The notes: a model not told the origin generated them from the sequence alone. A stretch of 64,000 nucleotides of DNA from an uncultured cyanobacterium (GCA_963793265.1 CAWBZI010000004.1:702901-766900), one strand, 5' to 3'. Counted from the first letter of the stretch, positions 38,820 to 49,464 are shown. Made by a program: numbers and translations.

Positions 38820-40040
38820 ATGAAGCGAAGACGGTTTCTAAATCGAGCGGCTTTATTCGGTGCTTCAGGCTTGGTATCGGTCGGTGCTCATGGCTGGGCG
38901 TGGCGGCGGGCAGTGGCCGCTGAGCTGGAAACGCCTCGGCTAATTGTGATTATGCTGCGAGGCGCGATGGATGGGCTGAATGCGGTGGTGCCTTATCAAG
39001 AGCCTGATTACTACGGTTTGCGACCGACCATTGCGATCACCAAACCCGGTAGCGCCCAAGGAGCCATTGACCTAGACGGACAGTTTGGCCTGCACCCGGC
39101 TTTGGCAGCGCTGATACCGGAGTGGGAGCGAGAGAATCTGGCGTTTGTTCATGCGGTAGGCTCGCCTGTTGTGGTGCGATCGCACTTTCAAGCGCAGGAC
39201 AACTTAGAAACCGGCACCCCCGGCGTCACGGGTACCGATAGCGGCTGGCTGAATCGTCTGCTGGCCGCTTTACCCGACGGCACCTCTACGCGGGCGGTGA
39301 ACGTGGGTGGCACGGTGCCCCTTATCTTCAAAGGCACGCAGCCGGTGGCTAGCCTGGCCGTTCAGGGTGTCAACAGTCGTGTATTGCCAATCGATAGAGA
39401 GCCCATTCAGCTTGCTTTTGACCAGCTTTATGCTGGAAACGATAGCTTAGCGATCGCCTACCAAGAAGGCCGTAAAGCCCGAGAGATTTTGCTACGCGAG
39501 TTAACCGCAGAGTCAGCCGCCGCTGACCGTGGCGCTGCCGGGCCTGAACAGTTTGCCGCCAGCGCCCGCTATCTAGCCCGGCTCATGGTAGGCGATGCCG
39601 CGACTCAGGTGGCCTTTATGGAGCTGGGTAATTGGGACACTCACATTAACGAGCGCGGTATTTTGAACCGTAACTTCGAGCTTTTAGGCAATGGACTTGC
39701 CACGTTAGCCGAGTCGCTTGGGCCTGTTTACAACCACACTGCAATTGTTGTTGTTTCTGAGTTTGGCCGAACTGTTGCCGAAAATGGCAACGGCGGTACC
39801 GATCATGGCTATGGCAATGCTCTGTGGCTGTTAGGCGGTGGCATTAAAGGGCAGCAGGTTTATGGTCAGTGGCCTGGTTTAGATGCTAGCTCGCTATATC
39901 AATCAAGAGATTTGGCCGTTACAACAGATTTCAGAGACATACTTATGCCCTTACTAGGTCAACACTTTAATCTCAACTCAGCCCAGCTCGCCCAAATATT
40001 CCCAAGCTATCAGCCACAAACCCAGCTTCAGTTTCTATAG
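38820..40040 (+). CDS. DUF1501 family protein (Tat-exported)
   Basis: MKRRRFL Tat motif, LRGAMDGLN, RSHF, WDTH, SEFGRT..ENGNGGTDHG; usual partner of DUF1800. Confidence 0.9.
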   Translation: MKRRRFLNRAALFGASGLVSVGAHGWAWRRAVAAELETPRLIVIMLRGAMDGLNAVVPYQEPDYYGLRPTIAITKPGSAQGAIDLDGQFGLHPALAALIPEWERENLAFVHAVGSPVVVRSHFQAQDNLETGTPGVTGTDSGWLNRLLAALPDGTSTRAVNVGGTVPLIFKGTQPVASLAVQGVNSRVLPIDREPIQLAFDQLYAGNDSLAIAYQEGRKAREILLRELTAESAAADRGAAGPEQFAASARYLARLMVGDAATQVAFMELGNWDTHINERGILNRNFELLGNGLATLAESLGPVYNHTAIVVVSEFGRTVAENGNGGTDHGYGNALWLLGGGIKGQQVYGQWPGLDASSLYQSRDLAVTTDFRDILMPLLGQHFNLNSAQLAQIFPSYQPQTQLQFL

Positions 40041-40056
40041 CCTCGTCAGCCAAACC

Positions 40057-40081
40057 GTAGGGGCGTAAGACCTTACGTCCT
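40057..40081 (+). repeat. Single GTAG-type REP-like hairpin
   Basis: GTAG-GGGCGTAAG-AC-CTTACGTCC-T between convergent genes. Confidence 0.6.
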
Positions 40082-40112
40082 CCGGCACAGCAACCCATTA
40101 ACCCTCCAACTT

Positions 40113-41615
40113 TCAATCCGCCAACAAAGCCTCCCCACGTCGATACAGCGCCTGCGCGTAGTCAGTCCAAGTGCCTTGCCCCCAATAGCGAAAGCAGCTA
40201 GTCTCTACCAGCAACAAATACAACAAAGCCTCCTGATAATCAGCCCGCTGTGTAACGCTCGCATCAGCCTGAACCTGCGGATCGTATTTAGCATGAAAGC
40301 GAGCGCTGAGCTGATTCATCGGCTCCAACACGTTCTCATATCCCTTCACCCAGCTCAAATCATCCGTCCAAGACGCGCCGTCCATATGAAACTGATGGTC
40401 GGTTTCTTGCAGTTCTGCGATCGCCGCACTCACCGCCTCAGGCGTAGCATCTGTCACCTTTTGCCAAATCTTATGCTGACCCACCGCCTGACAGGCCGGA
40501 TAGTCATTAGGATTCACGCCAGCCGCCTCAATTAGCTCGATATATTCTGTGCCATTGAGCCCCACAGTGCCTTCTACGCTACGGCCATTCTCCTTAATGC
40601 TGCTCCAAAAAGGAACAAAGTCGCGCCCGTACTCATTCATCATCACGCCACCGTTTTCCCCATCGGCAATTTGCGACACGCAGCAGGGCACCGACGCCTC
40701 ACCAATCTGCTGCCTGCCGCGTCCTTTCGCCTCGTGATACGGCTGCATTTGCGCCACTAGCTTTGTGTCTGAGCCCTGCGTTTTAATCAGCGCAGTGATA
40801 CTAATCGTCTCACCGTGAGAGTTTTTAGCTACCAGCCGGTTAGGAACGTATTTATCGTCATGGTGCAGGCCGCTGCCGTCCAAACGCTCGACTGAGTGCT
40901 CCTGTACCAGCAGCCACCGATAGCCGCATTCCTTGAGCGCCTTAATGTATTCAAACAGCGTGTCGGGATGGTTCGGCAGGTGCATTTCGGGGGGCGAAAA
41001 GCCTTTTACCCGCGACAGTGCTTCGTAGCCGAAAAGGTCGGCAAAGTGATGCTGCCAGGCTTGAATGTGTAGCTTGATATCGGGAATTGGCGTAGAAGGC
41101 ACTACGGCATGGCTCCACATCGTCCCCATCCACTCGACGTAGGGCTGATATTGAGGTTCGCACAAACGCTTGAGGTTGCCGAGTACGTCCTGGCGATCCA
41201 TTTGAGTGAGGCCCCAAAAGAGATTGCCGGAATAGTCGAGCATAATGCGGGGGTTTTCACCTTTGGCGACCAGTTCAGGAATCCAGTCGCCCATGCGGCT
41301 GTAGCACCATGCAAACGCAGAGGCGTTATGGTTATCGCCGTCGTTGGGGTGCTCAAACATGCGCTGAAGGTTGCTGATGAGCCCGCCGTCTTGGCCTGCG
41401 GGGATGGTGGGCTGGTGCATGTGGAGGGCGCAGGCAAACCCGGCGGTGATCTTTGAAAAATCGAGGTTGGTGGTGGGGAGGAAGATGGGCTGGTGGTGGC
41501 AGGTGATGGCGGTGATTGTAGACTCGCTGCCGCAGATGTTGGGCAGTCCGGGGTGAGAGGCGTTGAGAGCGGGTAGCTGGTCGAGGTCTGAAGGGTTGGG
41601 CGCGATCGCAATCAT
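40113..41615 (-). CDS. Glycoside hydrolase family 57 protein
   Basis: ALHMHQP (CSR1), GFSPPEM (nucleophile region), IADGENGG (acid/base region), ETSCFRYWG; ATG 41615. Confidence 0.85.
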   Translation of the reverse strand: MIAIAPNPSDLDQLPALNASHPGLPNICGSESTITAITCHHQPIFLPTTNLDFSKITAGFACALHMHQPTIPAGQDGGLISNLQRMFEHPNDGDNHNASAFAWCYSRMGDWIPELVAKGENPRIMLDYSGNLFWGLTQMDRQDVLGNLKRLCEPQYQPYVEWMGTMWSHAVVPSTPIPDIKLHIQAWQHHFADLFGYEALSRVKGFSPPEMHLPNHPDTLFEYIKALKECGYRWLLVQEHSVERLDGSGLHHDDKYVPNRLVAKNSHGETISITALIKTQGSDTKLVAQMQPYHEAKGRGRQQIGEASVPCCVSQIADGENGGVMMNEYGRDFVPFWSSIKENGRSVEGTVGLNGTEYIELIEAAGVNPNDYPACQAVGQHKIWQKVTDATPEAVSAAIAELQETDHQFHMDGASWTDDLSWVKGYENVLEPMNQLSARFHAKYDPQVQADASVTQRADYQEALLYLLLVETSCFRYWGQGTWTDYAQALYRRGEALLAD

Positions 41616-41851
41616 AGAAAATTCCTTTGCACGGCTGATGTAAGTCTGTCGCAAGTGAGGCCAGGGTCGCTAATAAGTATAGTCAAGGCGTTCTCAGAAT
41701 TTCTAGCAGCTTCTCCAACCCTGATAATGACCAGCATTCAGCCTGTGGATAGAAGGGTTTGGGCCAAGTTTTTCAGAAAATTACTCACTATTTCTGTTTG
41801 AATAAAGCTATAAATACAAACTTTCGTTGATAGGTTTTAGGAGATCGCGCT

Positions 41852-43327
41852 ATGTATATCGTGCAAATTGCCTCGGAGTGCGCACCCGTTATTAAAGCGG
41901 GCGGCCTGGGCGATGTGGTTTACGGCCTGAGCCGCGAGCTAACCCTGCGCGATCACTGTGTAGAGCTGGTTTTGCCCAAGTACGACTGTATGCGCTACGA
42001 CGAAGTGTGGGGGATGCACGAAGCCTATCGCGACCTGTGGGTGCCCTGGTACGACGGCGTGGTGCACTGCTCGGTGCAGTGTGGTTGGGTGCACGGGCTG
42101 CTGTGCTTTTTTATCGAGCCGCACTCGCAAGATGGTTTTTTTGACCGGGGCAAGTACTACGGCGACTGGGACGATCAGATTCGGTTTGCTTTTTTTAGCA
42201 AAGCGGCGCTGGAATTTTTGCTAAAGAGTGGCAAGCGTCCAGATATACTGCACTGCCACGACTGGCAGACGGGGCTCGTGCCAGTGATGCTGTTTGAGAT
42301 GTATAAGTTTCACGGCATGGCCAATCAGCGGGTGTGCTATTCCATCCATAACTTTAAGCATCAGGGCGCTTGGGGCGTCGAGGTTTTGCGCGCTACAGGG
42401 CTCAATCAGGCGGAGTACTACTTCACGCCCGATCGGCTGCAAGACAACGGCAATCCGATGGCGATTAACTTTATGAAGGGTGGCATTGTATATGCCAACT
42501 ATGTAAATACGGTGTCGCCGCACCATGCTTGGGAGGCGCGGTTTAGCGATGTTGGGTGCGGATTGCAGCCGACCTTAGCAGATCATCAAGATAAGTTTGG
42601 CGGCATTTTGAATGGGGTTGACTACACCATTTGGAACCCGGCAGTAGATACTAAGATTGCGGCGAACTATTCAATTGATGACTTTGAAAACAAAGCCTTG
42701 AATAAGAAGGCTCTAAGGGAGAGACTTTTGCTGCGTGCGAGTGATGAGCCGCTGGTGGTATTCATTGGTCGGTTCGATCAGCAAAAGGGGATGCATCAGG
42801 TGCACCATGCGCTGTACTACTGCTTGGAGAAAGGGGCGCAGTTTGTGTCGCTGGGCTCGGCCTCTGAGCAGGGTATTAACGACTGGTTTATGGGTGAGAA
42901 GGCGTACTTGAATGATAATCCTGACTGCCATTTGGAGATTGGATTTAACGAAGCGCTGGCGCGGCAGATATATGCAGCAGCAGATATTATCATCGTGCCG
43001 AGTAACTATGAGCCCTGCGGGCTGACGCAGATTATCAGCCTTAAGTACGGGACGGTGCCGGTGGTTCGTGGCGTCGGTGGTCTGGTAAATACCGTTTTTG
43101 ACTGGGATTATGATGAGGGTCATCCCCGAGAAGCGCGCAATGGATTTGTGTTTTATGAGAATGACAGCGTGGCGCTAGAGTCAGCGCTGAAGCGGGCTTT
43201 GGATCTATATCGAAATGAGCCAGCGCTATTTGAACAGTTGGCTAAGCAGGGAATGCGATGCGACTATTCCTGGCAGCAGCCGGGCGATCGCTACGTTGAT
43301 GTATACGAGCACATCCGCCATAAGTAA
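41852..43327 (+). CDS. glgA: Glycogen synthase
   Basis: KAGGLGDV, HCHDWQTG, GILNGVDY, PSNYEPCGLTQ. Confidence 0.95.
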   Translation: MYIVQIASECAPVIKAGGLGDVVYGLSRELTLRDHCVELVLPKYDCMRYDEVWGMHEAYRDLWVPWYDGVVHCSVQCGWVHGLLCFFIEPHSQDGFFDRGKYYGDWDDQIRFAFFSKAALEFLLKSGKRPDILHCHDWQTGLVPVMLFEMYKFHGMANQRVCYSIHNFKHQGAWGVEVLRATGLNQAEYYFTPDRLQDNGNPMAINFMKGGIVYANYVNTVSPHHAWEARFSDVGCGLQPTLADHQDKFGGILNGVDYTIWNPAVDTKIAANYSIDDFENKALNKKALRERLLLRASDEPLVVFIGRFDQQKGMHQVHHALYYCLEKGAQFVSLGSASEQGINDWFMGEKAYLNDNPDCHLEIGFNEALARQIYAAADIIIVPSNYEPCGLTQIISLKYGTVPVVRGVGGLVNTVFDWDYDEGHPREARNGFVFYENDSVALESALKRALDLYRNEPALFEQLAKQGMRCDYSWQQPGDRYVDVYEHIRHK

Positions 43328-43480
43328 AAAAGATTGGAACCTAACATTCGTGATTAAGACGGTGGATTAACTTCACCGCTTCGTGTAGAACGGATGTGTT
43401 GATTGTGTCAATGTCGCGCTAGCTTCCTATGAACGATTGGGGAGTTCCGCTAGACTGTACTTATTGCCTACGCGCCCAAT

Positions 43481-44269
43481 ATGAAGACCCGCATACCCGA
43501 TCCGTATCGCCAGAAGTATACGCCTACTCGTCGGAGTCGGGGACGCGATCGCAAGCCCCAAAAAACCAGACAGAAGTCGGGGCCGATGAAGGTGCTACAG
43601 CTGATGGCGATCGCCACAACCGGCGGTGCGGTCATGCTAGCGAGCTTGGCAGGCTTAGCTTTTATCCGTTCGGGCTCTCAGTTTATGGAAGGCGTGAAAA
43701 TGGCGCTCTCTCCCAAGCCGCCTGAGGAAAAAGCAGATATACGGACGGTGGTGGTGAAGCAGATGCGGGGGGCCAGCGAGCTAACTACGGCGGTGTTTAC
43801 GATGGAGGCGGTGGTGCCTGCTCAGAGCGATCGCAAGCTGGGCGACTACACGATTGCAAAAACTAACCTGCTGTATGTGGCCTATGGTGAGGTGCGCGCG
43901 GGTGTGGATTTGGAAGAGCTAGAGAGCGCAGATGTAGTCCCTTCAGAAGATGGGACGCAGGTGACGGTAAAGCTGCCTGCGCCTAAAGTGCTCGATAAAA
44001 AAATAGACGTTGCGCGCTCTGAAGTATATGACTATGATCGGGGATTTTTGAACTTAGGCCCAGATCGTGCGCCGCAGTTGCAAGGGCTCGCTCAGCGAGA
44101 AGCGGTTGATAAGATTGAGCAGGCCGCTGTGTGCGAGCAAGATATTTTAAGGCAGGCGAGCGAGCGCGCTGAGCTGGTGATTACCAAGCTGCTGATGAGT
44201 GCGGGCTTTGAAGACGTAGTGATTGAAACGACGCCGGGTGATAAAGCGATTTGCGGTTCTGCTACCTGA
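43481..44269 (+). CDS. DUF4230 domain protein
   Basis: Single TM; ELTT..LLYVAYGEVRAGVDL..VKLPAP pattern. Confidence 0.8.
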   Translation: MKTRIPDPYRQKYTPTRRSRGRDRKPQKTRQKSGPMKVLQLMAIATTGGAVMLASLAGLAFIRSGSQFMEGVKMALSPKPPEEKADIRTVVVKQMRGASELTTAVFTMEAVVPAQSDRKLGDYTIAKTNLLYVAYGEVRAGVDLEELESADVVPSEDGTQVTVKLPAPKVLDKKIDVARSEVYDYDRGFLNLGPDRAPQLQGLAQREAVDKIEQAAVCEQDILRQASERAELVITKLLMSAGFEDVVIETTPGDKAICGSAT

Positions 44270-44280
44270 AGCAAAAAGCC

Positions 44281-44303
44281 CCTTCGATCTCAATAATCGA
44301 AGG
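44281..44303 (-). terminator. Rho-independent terminator between convergent genes
   Basis: CCTTCGAT-N7-ATCGAAGG followed on the minus strand by GGCTTTTT. Confidence 0.55.
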
Positions 44304-44386
44304 AGCATAACACAAGACATCTGTGAGAGAAGATCTGCACAGGCGTTTATAAAACGGCTGCTTGACCTCTCAAAATACAAAAGAGC

Positions 44387-45344
44387 TTACTGAATAGCGT
44401 CAGCGCCATCAATATCAGCGTCTGCTTCAGGAGCCGGTGGCAAAATCACGCGGTCAATCACGTGAATGACCCCGTTGCTAGCAGCAACATCAGCAAAGAC
44501 AACGTTTGCATTGTTGACAGTGACCGTATCAGCGACTTCAACCGCAATATCGCTTCCTTCTACGGTAGGCACATTGCCGGTTTCAAGCTCAGTAGAGAGC
44601 ACTGCGCCTGGAACAACGTGGTAAGTGAGTACCTGGATGAGAACATCTTTGTTTTCAGGCAACAATAGCTGTTCTACTGCGCCTTCAGGCAGGTCTGCAA
44701 ACGCTTCGTCAGTGGGTGCAAAGACCGTAAAGGGGCCTTCGCTACTGAGCGTTTCGCTCAAATCAGCAGCTTCTAGTGCAGCGGCCAGAACAGTGAAAGA
44801 GTCGCTGTTGTTGGTGAGTTCAGCAATTGTGAACTCCTCAGTATTAATATCTTCAGCTACGTCTTCAGGTCGCTTCGATAGGCTCTTCAGCAACGGGTGC
44901 TTCATCTACTTCAGTTTCAGCGACAGGCGCTTCAGCCTCTTCAGTCAAAGCGTCAGCTTCTACAACTGGCGCGTCAGCCTCTTCAGTTTCAGCGATAGGC
45001 GCTTCAGTTTCTTCTGTCTCAGCGACAGGCTCTTCAGTTTCTTCAAGCAAAGCGTCAGCACCGACAACGGGCGCTTCTTCGCTCTCAGTTTCAGCGACAG
45101 GCTCTTCTAAAAGCTCATCAGCTTCAGCCACAGGTAGCGTCTCGCCAGCAGTCGGCTCAGCGATCGCTTCAACTGGCGCAGTGTCAGTTACCTCTAAATC
45201 TGTCGTCTCAATAGACTCAATGACCTCAACGGATTCGCCGGGCTCAGGCATCGCTACGCTAGGAAGGGCTACAAAAGCACCTGCGGTACTAGCGATGAGG
45301 CCAATCGTGAAATTTTTGATGAATTTGGGGCTGTTGGTTTGCAT
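44387..45344 (-). pseudogene. Fasciclin (FAS1) domain protein with acidic repeat stalk, split by a +1 frameshift near 44868
   Basis: Signal peptide + EAPVAE repeats (44865..45344) and FAS1 GPFTVFAPTDEAF..LTYHVVPG..ASNGVIHVID (44387..) join into 318 aa if one base of GCG ACC TGA AGA is removed. Confidence 0.8.
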
Positions 45345-45721
45345 AGAACCTCTTAAGTCTTGGTGAGCTTTAGTCTTGGTGATTGTTCAAGTGATGAATT
45401 CGAGGACGAATTGATACAGATCGCTTTGTTTGCGTAACCAAGTCACTGCATTTATTCACTTAATGTCGTAAAGGCTTTACTAAAGTTCATTAAGCTCTTA
45501 CAAAGCATATCGGAAAAAATGGTTTTGAAATGGTTTTGAGATAGTTCGCTTATAGATAGATGCTGAGAGCTATCAAAAGCGTCAAGATAGGCAAGCTGCC
45601 GAAAATGTATGTACCTATGGCTACGTACAAATCGCTAAGACCTATGTAACAAAAGAGGTACAGCAGCTATGGTTTTTATTGAACCATCGATAGATAGCAC
45701 TCACAGAAAGGAAAAACTCGA

Positions 45722-46522
45722 ATGATAGAGCTTTATCAGTTTGAAGCGTCTCACTACTGCGAAAAGGTAAGGCTGCTCTTGGATTACAAGCAACTGCCTT
45801 ACAAGACGATTGAAGTTATCCCAGGTATAGGCCAGATAGATCTCTATAGACTTTCCGGGCAGCGCCAGGTACCAGTGCTTAAGGACGGTGATGAGGTGAT
45901 TCCTGATTCGAGCGCGATCGCCCGCTATCTAGACAAGAAGTATATTGAAAACCCGCTGATCCCGGTTGATCCCTATAAGAAAGGCTTATGTTTGATGATG
46001 GAAGCCTGGGCCGATGAGTCGATTGGGCCGAATGCTCGCAAGGTGATGATCGGCGCTTTTAATCAGCATCCTAATTTTCGGACGGCGCTGCTGCCAATTT
46101 CGACGCCTGATCTGGTGAAAACGGTGGTGGGATCGGTGCCGGGTGACGTGCTGAGCCTGCTGGGTGCAGGTGCGGGCTTCGGGCCGGATGCGGTGAAGTC
46201 GGCAACCGAAATCTTGAGACAGAATTTAGAAGCGCTCTGCTTGATTCTAGAAAAGCAGACCTATCTATGCGGCGATGAACCGACCCTGGCAGACTTCACG
46301 GTCGCTGGGCTATCTATGTATATCAAGTTTCCTTCGGAGATATATGTAGACCTGCCGGTCGGCATTTGCAATAAGGGTGTGCCAGGACTGGCGGACGATC
46401 CGGCCTTTGATAGCTTTTGGCTGTGGCGCGATCAGCTCTACGGCAATTTCCGCAAGATGCGCAGCGATGGGCCTACGCTAGGCGCACCTGCGACTGGGCC
46501 GGTGTCAATCGGGATTGATTGA
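45722..46522 (+). CDS. Glutathione S-transferase family protein
   Basis: LYQFEASHYCEKVR, QVPVL, DSSAIARYLD, PTLADF. Confidence 0.9.
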   Translation: MIELYQFEASHYCEKVRLLLDYKQLPYKTIEVIPGIGQIDLYRLSGQRQVPVLKDGDEVIPDSSAIARYLDKKYIENPLIPVDPYKKGLCLMMEAWADESIGPNARKVMIGAFNQHPNFRTALLPISTPDLVKTVVGSVPGDVLSLLGAGAGFGPDAVKSATEILRQNLEALCLILEKQTYLCGDEPTLADFTVAGLSMYIKFPSEIYVDLPVGICNKGVPGLADDPAFDSFWLWRDQLYGNFRKMRSDGPTLGAPATGPVSIGID

Positions 46523-46599
46523 GTCGAAGGCGAATCGTCCGGTAATCTAAGCAGTAGTGTAGGCATAGCTACTTTTACTACCGAACTTGAGAGAACCTG

Positions 46600-47913
46600 A
46601 TGAGTGATGCTACGGCTCGGCTTTCTGATGCGATCGCTGACATTCTAGGCGCAGACAGCGTGGTGCTTTGGGATGACCTACCGTCGCCATTGACTATGCA
46701 GATTGCCGCAGCCGTAGATTCAGAAGATCTGCCTGCCTGTATGGCTATGCCTGATACGTGCGAGGCGCTGGGTAAGGTGATGGCGATCGCCGCCGAAAAC
46801 AACTGGCGAGTGTTGCCTGTGGGCCAGGGGAGCAAGCTGAGCTGGGGCGGGCTGGCAACGGGTATAGATTTGGTGGTGAGCACCGCGCGGCTCAATCGAG
46901 TTGTAGAGCACGCAGCTGGTGACTTTACGGTCACTGTGGAGCCGGGGCTAAAGGTGGCCGACTTGCAGCGGCAGCTCGCGAGAGAAGGGCAGTTTTTAGC
47001 GGTTGATCCCGCGTTTGATCGGCAGGCTACGGTGGGCGGTATGGTCGCGACTGCTGACACTGGATCGCTCCGGCAGCGGTACGGTGGACTGCGAGATATG
47101 CTAATTGGCGTTCAATTTGTGCGGTATGACGGAGAAATCGCGCGAGCAGGGGGCCGGGTGGTAAAGAACGTGGCGGGCTACGACCTGATGAAGCTGATGA
47201 CGGGAGCGTATGGCAGCTTAGGTATTTTGAGCGAGCTGACGTTTCGGCTGTATCCAGTGCAGGCGGTTTCAAGAACGGTGGTGCTCTCAGGCGGTGGCCT
47301 GGCTATTGAGGCCGCGACTGCGGAGGCCAGACTTTCAGGACTGACGCCGGTTGCTTTAGATGTCGTGGCGACTGCTAGCGCTGAAGATAAGCCGAGCCGC
47401 AGCCTGATTGCTCGATTCCAGGGGATTGCTGCCGGGGTGGAGGAGCAGACTGAGCGGTTCAAGAAAATTGGTACGACGCACGGCATGACTTGCAAGGTGC
47501 TAGATGGCGAGGCGGATATCGATTTTTGGCGACAGGCGGCTGAGATGATTCGGGCCGATACGGTTCTGTGTAAGGTCGGACTTCGGCCTAGCGGAATTCC
47601 ATGGCTAATTGAGCTAGCTGATAAGGTGATGCCGGGCGCGCAGGTGAAGCTGTATGGGAGTAGCGGGCTGGGGTGGATTCAGTTTGAACAGAATGAGCCC
47701 GCGGAGAAGGTGCTAGAGGGGATTGCAGAAATGCGATCGCACTGTCAAAAGAACGCCGGGTTCCTTACCCTGCTGCAAGCGCCCAAAGCCATCAAACAGA
47801 GGATAGACGTATGGGGATATAGCGGCAACGCTCTTAGCGTTATGAGTGACATCAAGCAGAAGTTCGATCCGCAAAAAATACTCAGCCCAGGGCGGTTTGT
47901 CGGCGACTTGTAG
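46600..47913 (+). CDS. glcE: FAD-binding oxidoreductase, glycolate oxidase subunit GlcE-like
   Basis: GGRVVKNVAGYDLMKL..GSLG; KQKFDP..LSPGRF. Confidence 0.85.
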   Translation: MSDATARLSDAIADILGADSVVLWDDLPSPLTMQIAAAVDSEDLPACMAMPDTCEALGKVMAIAAENNWRVLPVGQGSKLSWGGLATGIDLVVSTARLNRVVEHAAGDFTVTVEPGLKVADLQRQLAREGQFLAVDPAFDRQATVGGMVATADTGSLRQRYGGLRDMLIGVQFVRYDGEIARAGGRVVKNVAGYDLMKLMTGAYGSLGILSELTFRLYPVQAVSRTVVLSGGGLAIEAATAEARLSGLTPVALDVVATASAEDKPSRSLIARFQGIAAGVEEQTERFKKIGTTHGMTCKVLDGEADIDFWRQAAEMIRADTVLCKVGLRPSGIPWLIELADKVMPGAQVKLYGSSGLGWIQFEQNEPAEKVLEGIAEMRSHCQKNAGFLTLLQAPKAIKQRIDVWGYSGNALSVMSDIKQKFDPQKILSPGRFVGDL

Positions 47914-48079
47914 TATGTGTTGTCTTTAAAATCTCTCTTTCTTTAGACAGAGCAAGATCCCTATCTACGGTTGTGAAAGACGCCAAACCAGCCGGATGTT
48001 TTAGAACAATCGTAGGTCTAGCCGGTAGGATCGTAACTCTGTTGTAATTTGAGATTCCTTTTAAGGAGATTTTTATCCC

Positions 48080-48277
48080 ATGAATATGACTCTAAGCGTG
48101 CCTTCAATTAAATGCGCGGGCTGTGGCGATACCATCACCAAAGAAATTAAGGTGCATGACGGCGAGGCTAAGGTGAAAGTAGACGTTGAGAACAAAACGG
48201 TTGAAGTAGATTCAGATTCACTCTCTGAGTCTTCTGTGAAGCAAGCGATTACGGCTGTAGGCCATGAGGTCGGATAG
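48080..48277 (+). CDS. Heavy-metal-associated (CopZ/Atx1-like) chaperone
   Basis: 65 aa, VPSIKCAGC, AITAVGH; AAGGAG RBS. Confidence 0.88.
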   Translation: MNMTLSVPSIKCAGCGDTITKEIKVHDGEAKVKVDVENKTVEVDSDSLSESSVKQAITAVGHEVG

Positions 48278-48310
48278 ATTCGTTAGTTGAACAAATTGAG
48301 AAGATAAAAT

Positions 48311-49225
48311 ATGTCGTTACGGCAGTGGCTTTGGCTCGGATTGCTGGCCTCTTTTTGGGGCAGCGCATTTATCTTTATGGAGCTAGCGCTGCCGACGTTC
48401 TCACCAGTTGCGGTGGTGATGGGCCGTATGAGTATTGCGGCTGTTGTGCTAAACGGGCTGGTTTGGCAAGGCGGTTTTGTCGCTGGCAAGGCTAAGTCGC
48501 TGCCGCCGCTTACCTGGATTAAGTGCGGCGGACTGAGCATTGTCAGTAATTTGCTGCCGTTCACGCTAATCGTCTGGGGCCAGCAGTACATCAGCGCTAG
48601 TCTGGCCTCTATTTTGATCGCCGCAGCGCCTTTGTTTACGGTGCTAATCGCAGCGCTTTGGGCAAACGAAAAGCTGACGCCTGCTCGCGCCCTGGGCGTG
48701 GTTTTGGGATTTGCAGGCGTTGTGGTGTTAGTTGGGCCAGAAGTATTAAGTGGGTTTAGCTTGCAGGGCGCTGGAGAACTCGCTGTATTAGCAGCCGCTA
48801 TGTCTTATGCGATAGCAGGGTTTGCGGGTAAACGGTTCGATAATATTCCCTCGCAGCTTGTATCTCGAATGACAGCGACGATGGGCGCGTTGATTATCGT
48901 GCCGCTGGGCGTGGGCTCATCTTTTTGGTTTAATACGCCCTTGGTCGGCGAGTGGCAGTGGTCGGCGGCGTTGGCGGTGGTTTGTTTAGGGGTGGGCTCG
49001 ACTGCGATCGCCTACCTTATCTACTATCGTCTGCTCGCTGAAGCAGGCGTTGTTAATACCTCTCTCGTTTCCTTTTTAGTTCCCTTGAGCGCACTGATCT
49101 TAGGCGCTGTTTTTTTGCAAGAGCGGCTGAGTATGGCAGATGCGCTGGGCATGGCTTTTATTCTATCGGGACTTGCCGTTTTAGATGGACGGCTGTTAAA
49201 GCGGGCGCTTGAAGGCGTACGGTAG
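48311..49225 (+). CDS. DMT/EamA family transporter
   Basis: ~10 TM; WGSAF, ASIL..PLFT, LGAVFLQE. Confidence 0.9.
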   Translation: MSLRQWLWLGLLASFWGSAFIFMELALPTFSPVAVVMGRMSIAAVVLNGLVWQGGFVAGKAKSLPPLTWIKCGGLSIVSNLLPFTLIVWGQQYISASLASILIAAAPLFTVLIAALWANEKLTPARALGVVLGFAGVVVLVGPEVLSGFSLQGAGELAVLAAAMSYAIAGFAGKRFDNIPSQLVSRMTATMGALIIVPLGVGSSFWFNTPLVGEWQWSAALAVVCLGVGSTAIAYLIYYRLLAEAGVVNTSLVSFLVPLSALILGAVFLQERLSMADALGMAFILSGLAVLDGRLLKRALEGVR

Positions 49226-49263
49226 AGTTGTTTTCACGCGCAAACAGGCTATTTGGACAGGCT

Positions 49264-49464
49264 ATGGCTCCCAGAACAATCACGGTAAAATGTCCGCAAT
49301 GCGATCGCGTTTACATTGACTGGTATACGCCTGCAATTAACGAGGAACACGAGAAAAAAAGAACGACAGCCTGCTCTAAATGCGGCCATCGTTCTTTAAT
49401 GAATGATTTAAACGAGCAAGGCGGCGTTTGGCAACAGAGTTCACCACCACAGGCTCAGCGCTAG
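49264..49464 (+). CDS. Small zinc-ribbon protein, hypothetical
   Basis: CPQC...CSKC, 66 aa from ATG 49264. Confidence 0.6.
   Translation: MAPRTITVKCPQCDRVYIDWYTPAINEEHEKKRTTACSKCGHRSLMNDLNEQGGVWQQSSPPQAQR

Noticed and set aside
44865..44867. Selenocysteine or stop read-through at the fasciclin TGA
   Set aside because: The FAS1 domain is in a different frame, so read-through would not join the halves
45584..45624. GTA-CCTATGGC-TAC with TATCTT 21 nt away as an NtcA promoter for the fasciclin gene
   Set aside because: Weak flanks, non-ideal spacing and far from the start; a 6-base motif is expected by chance every few kb
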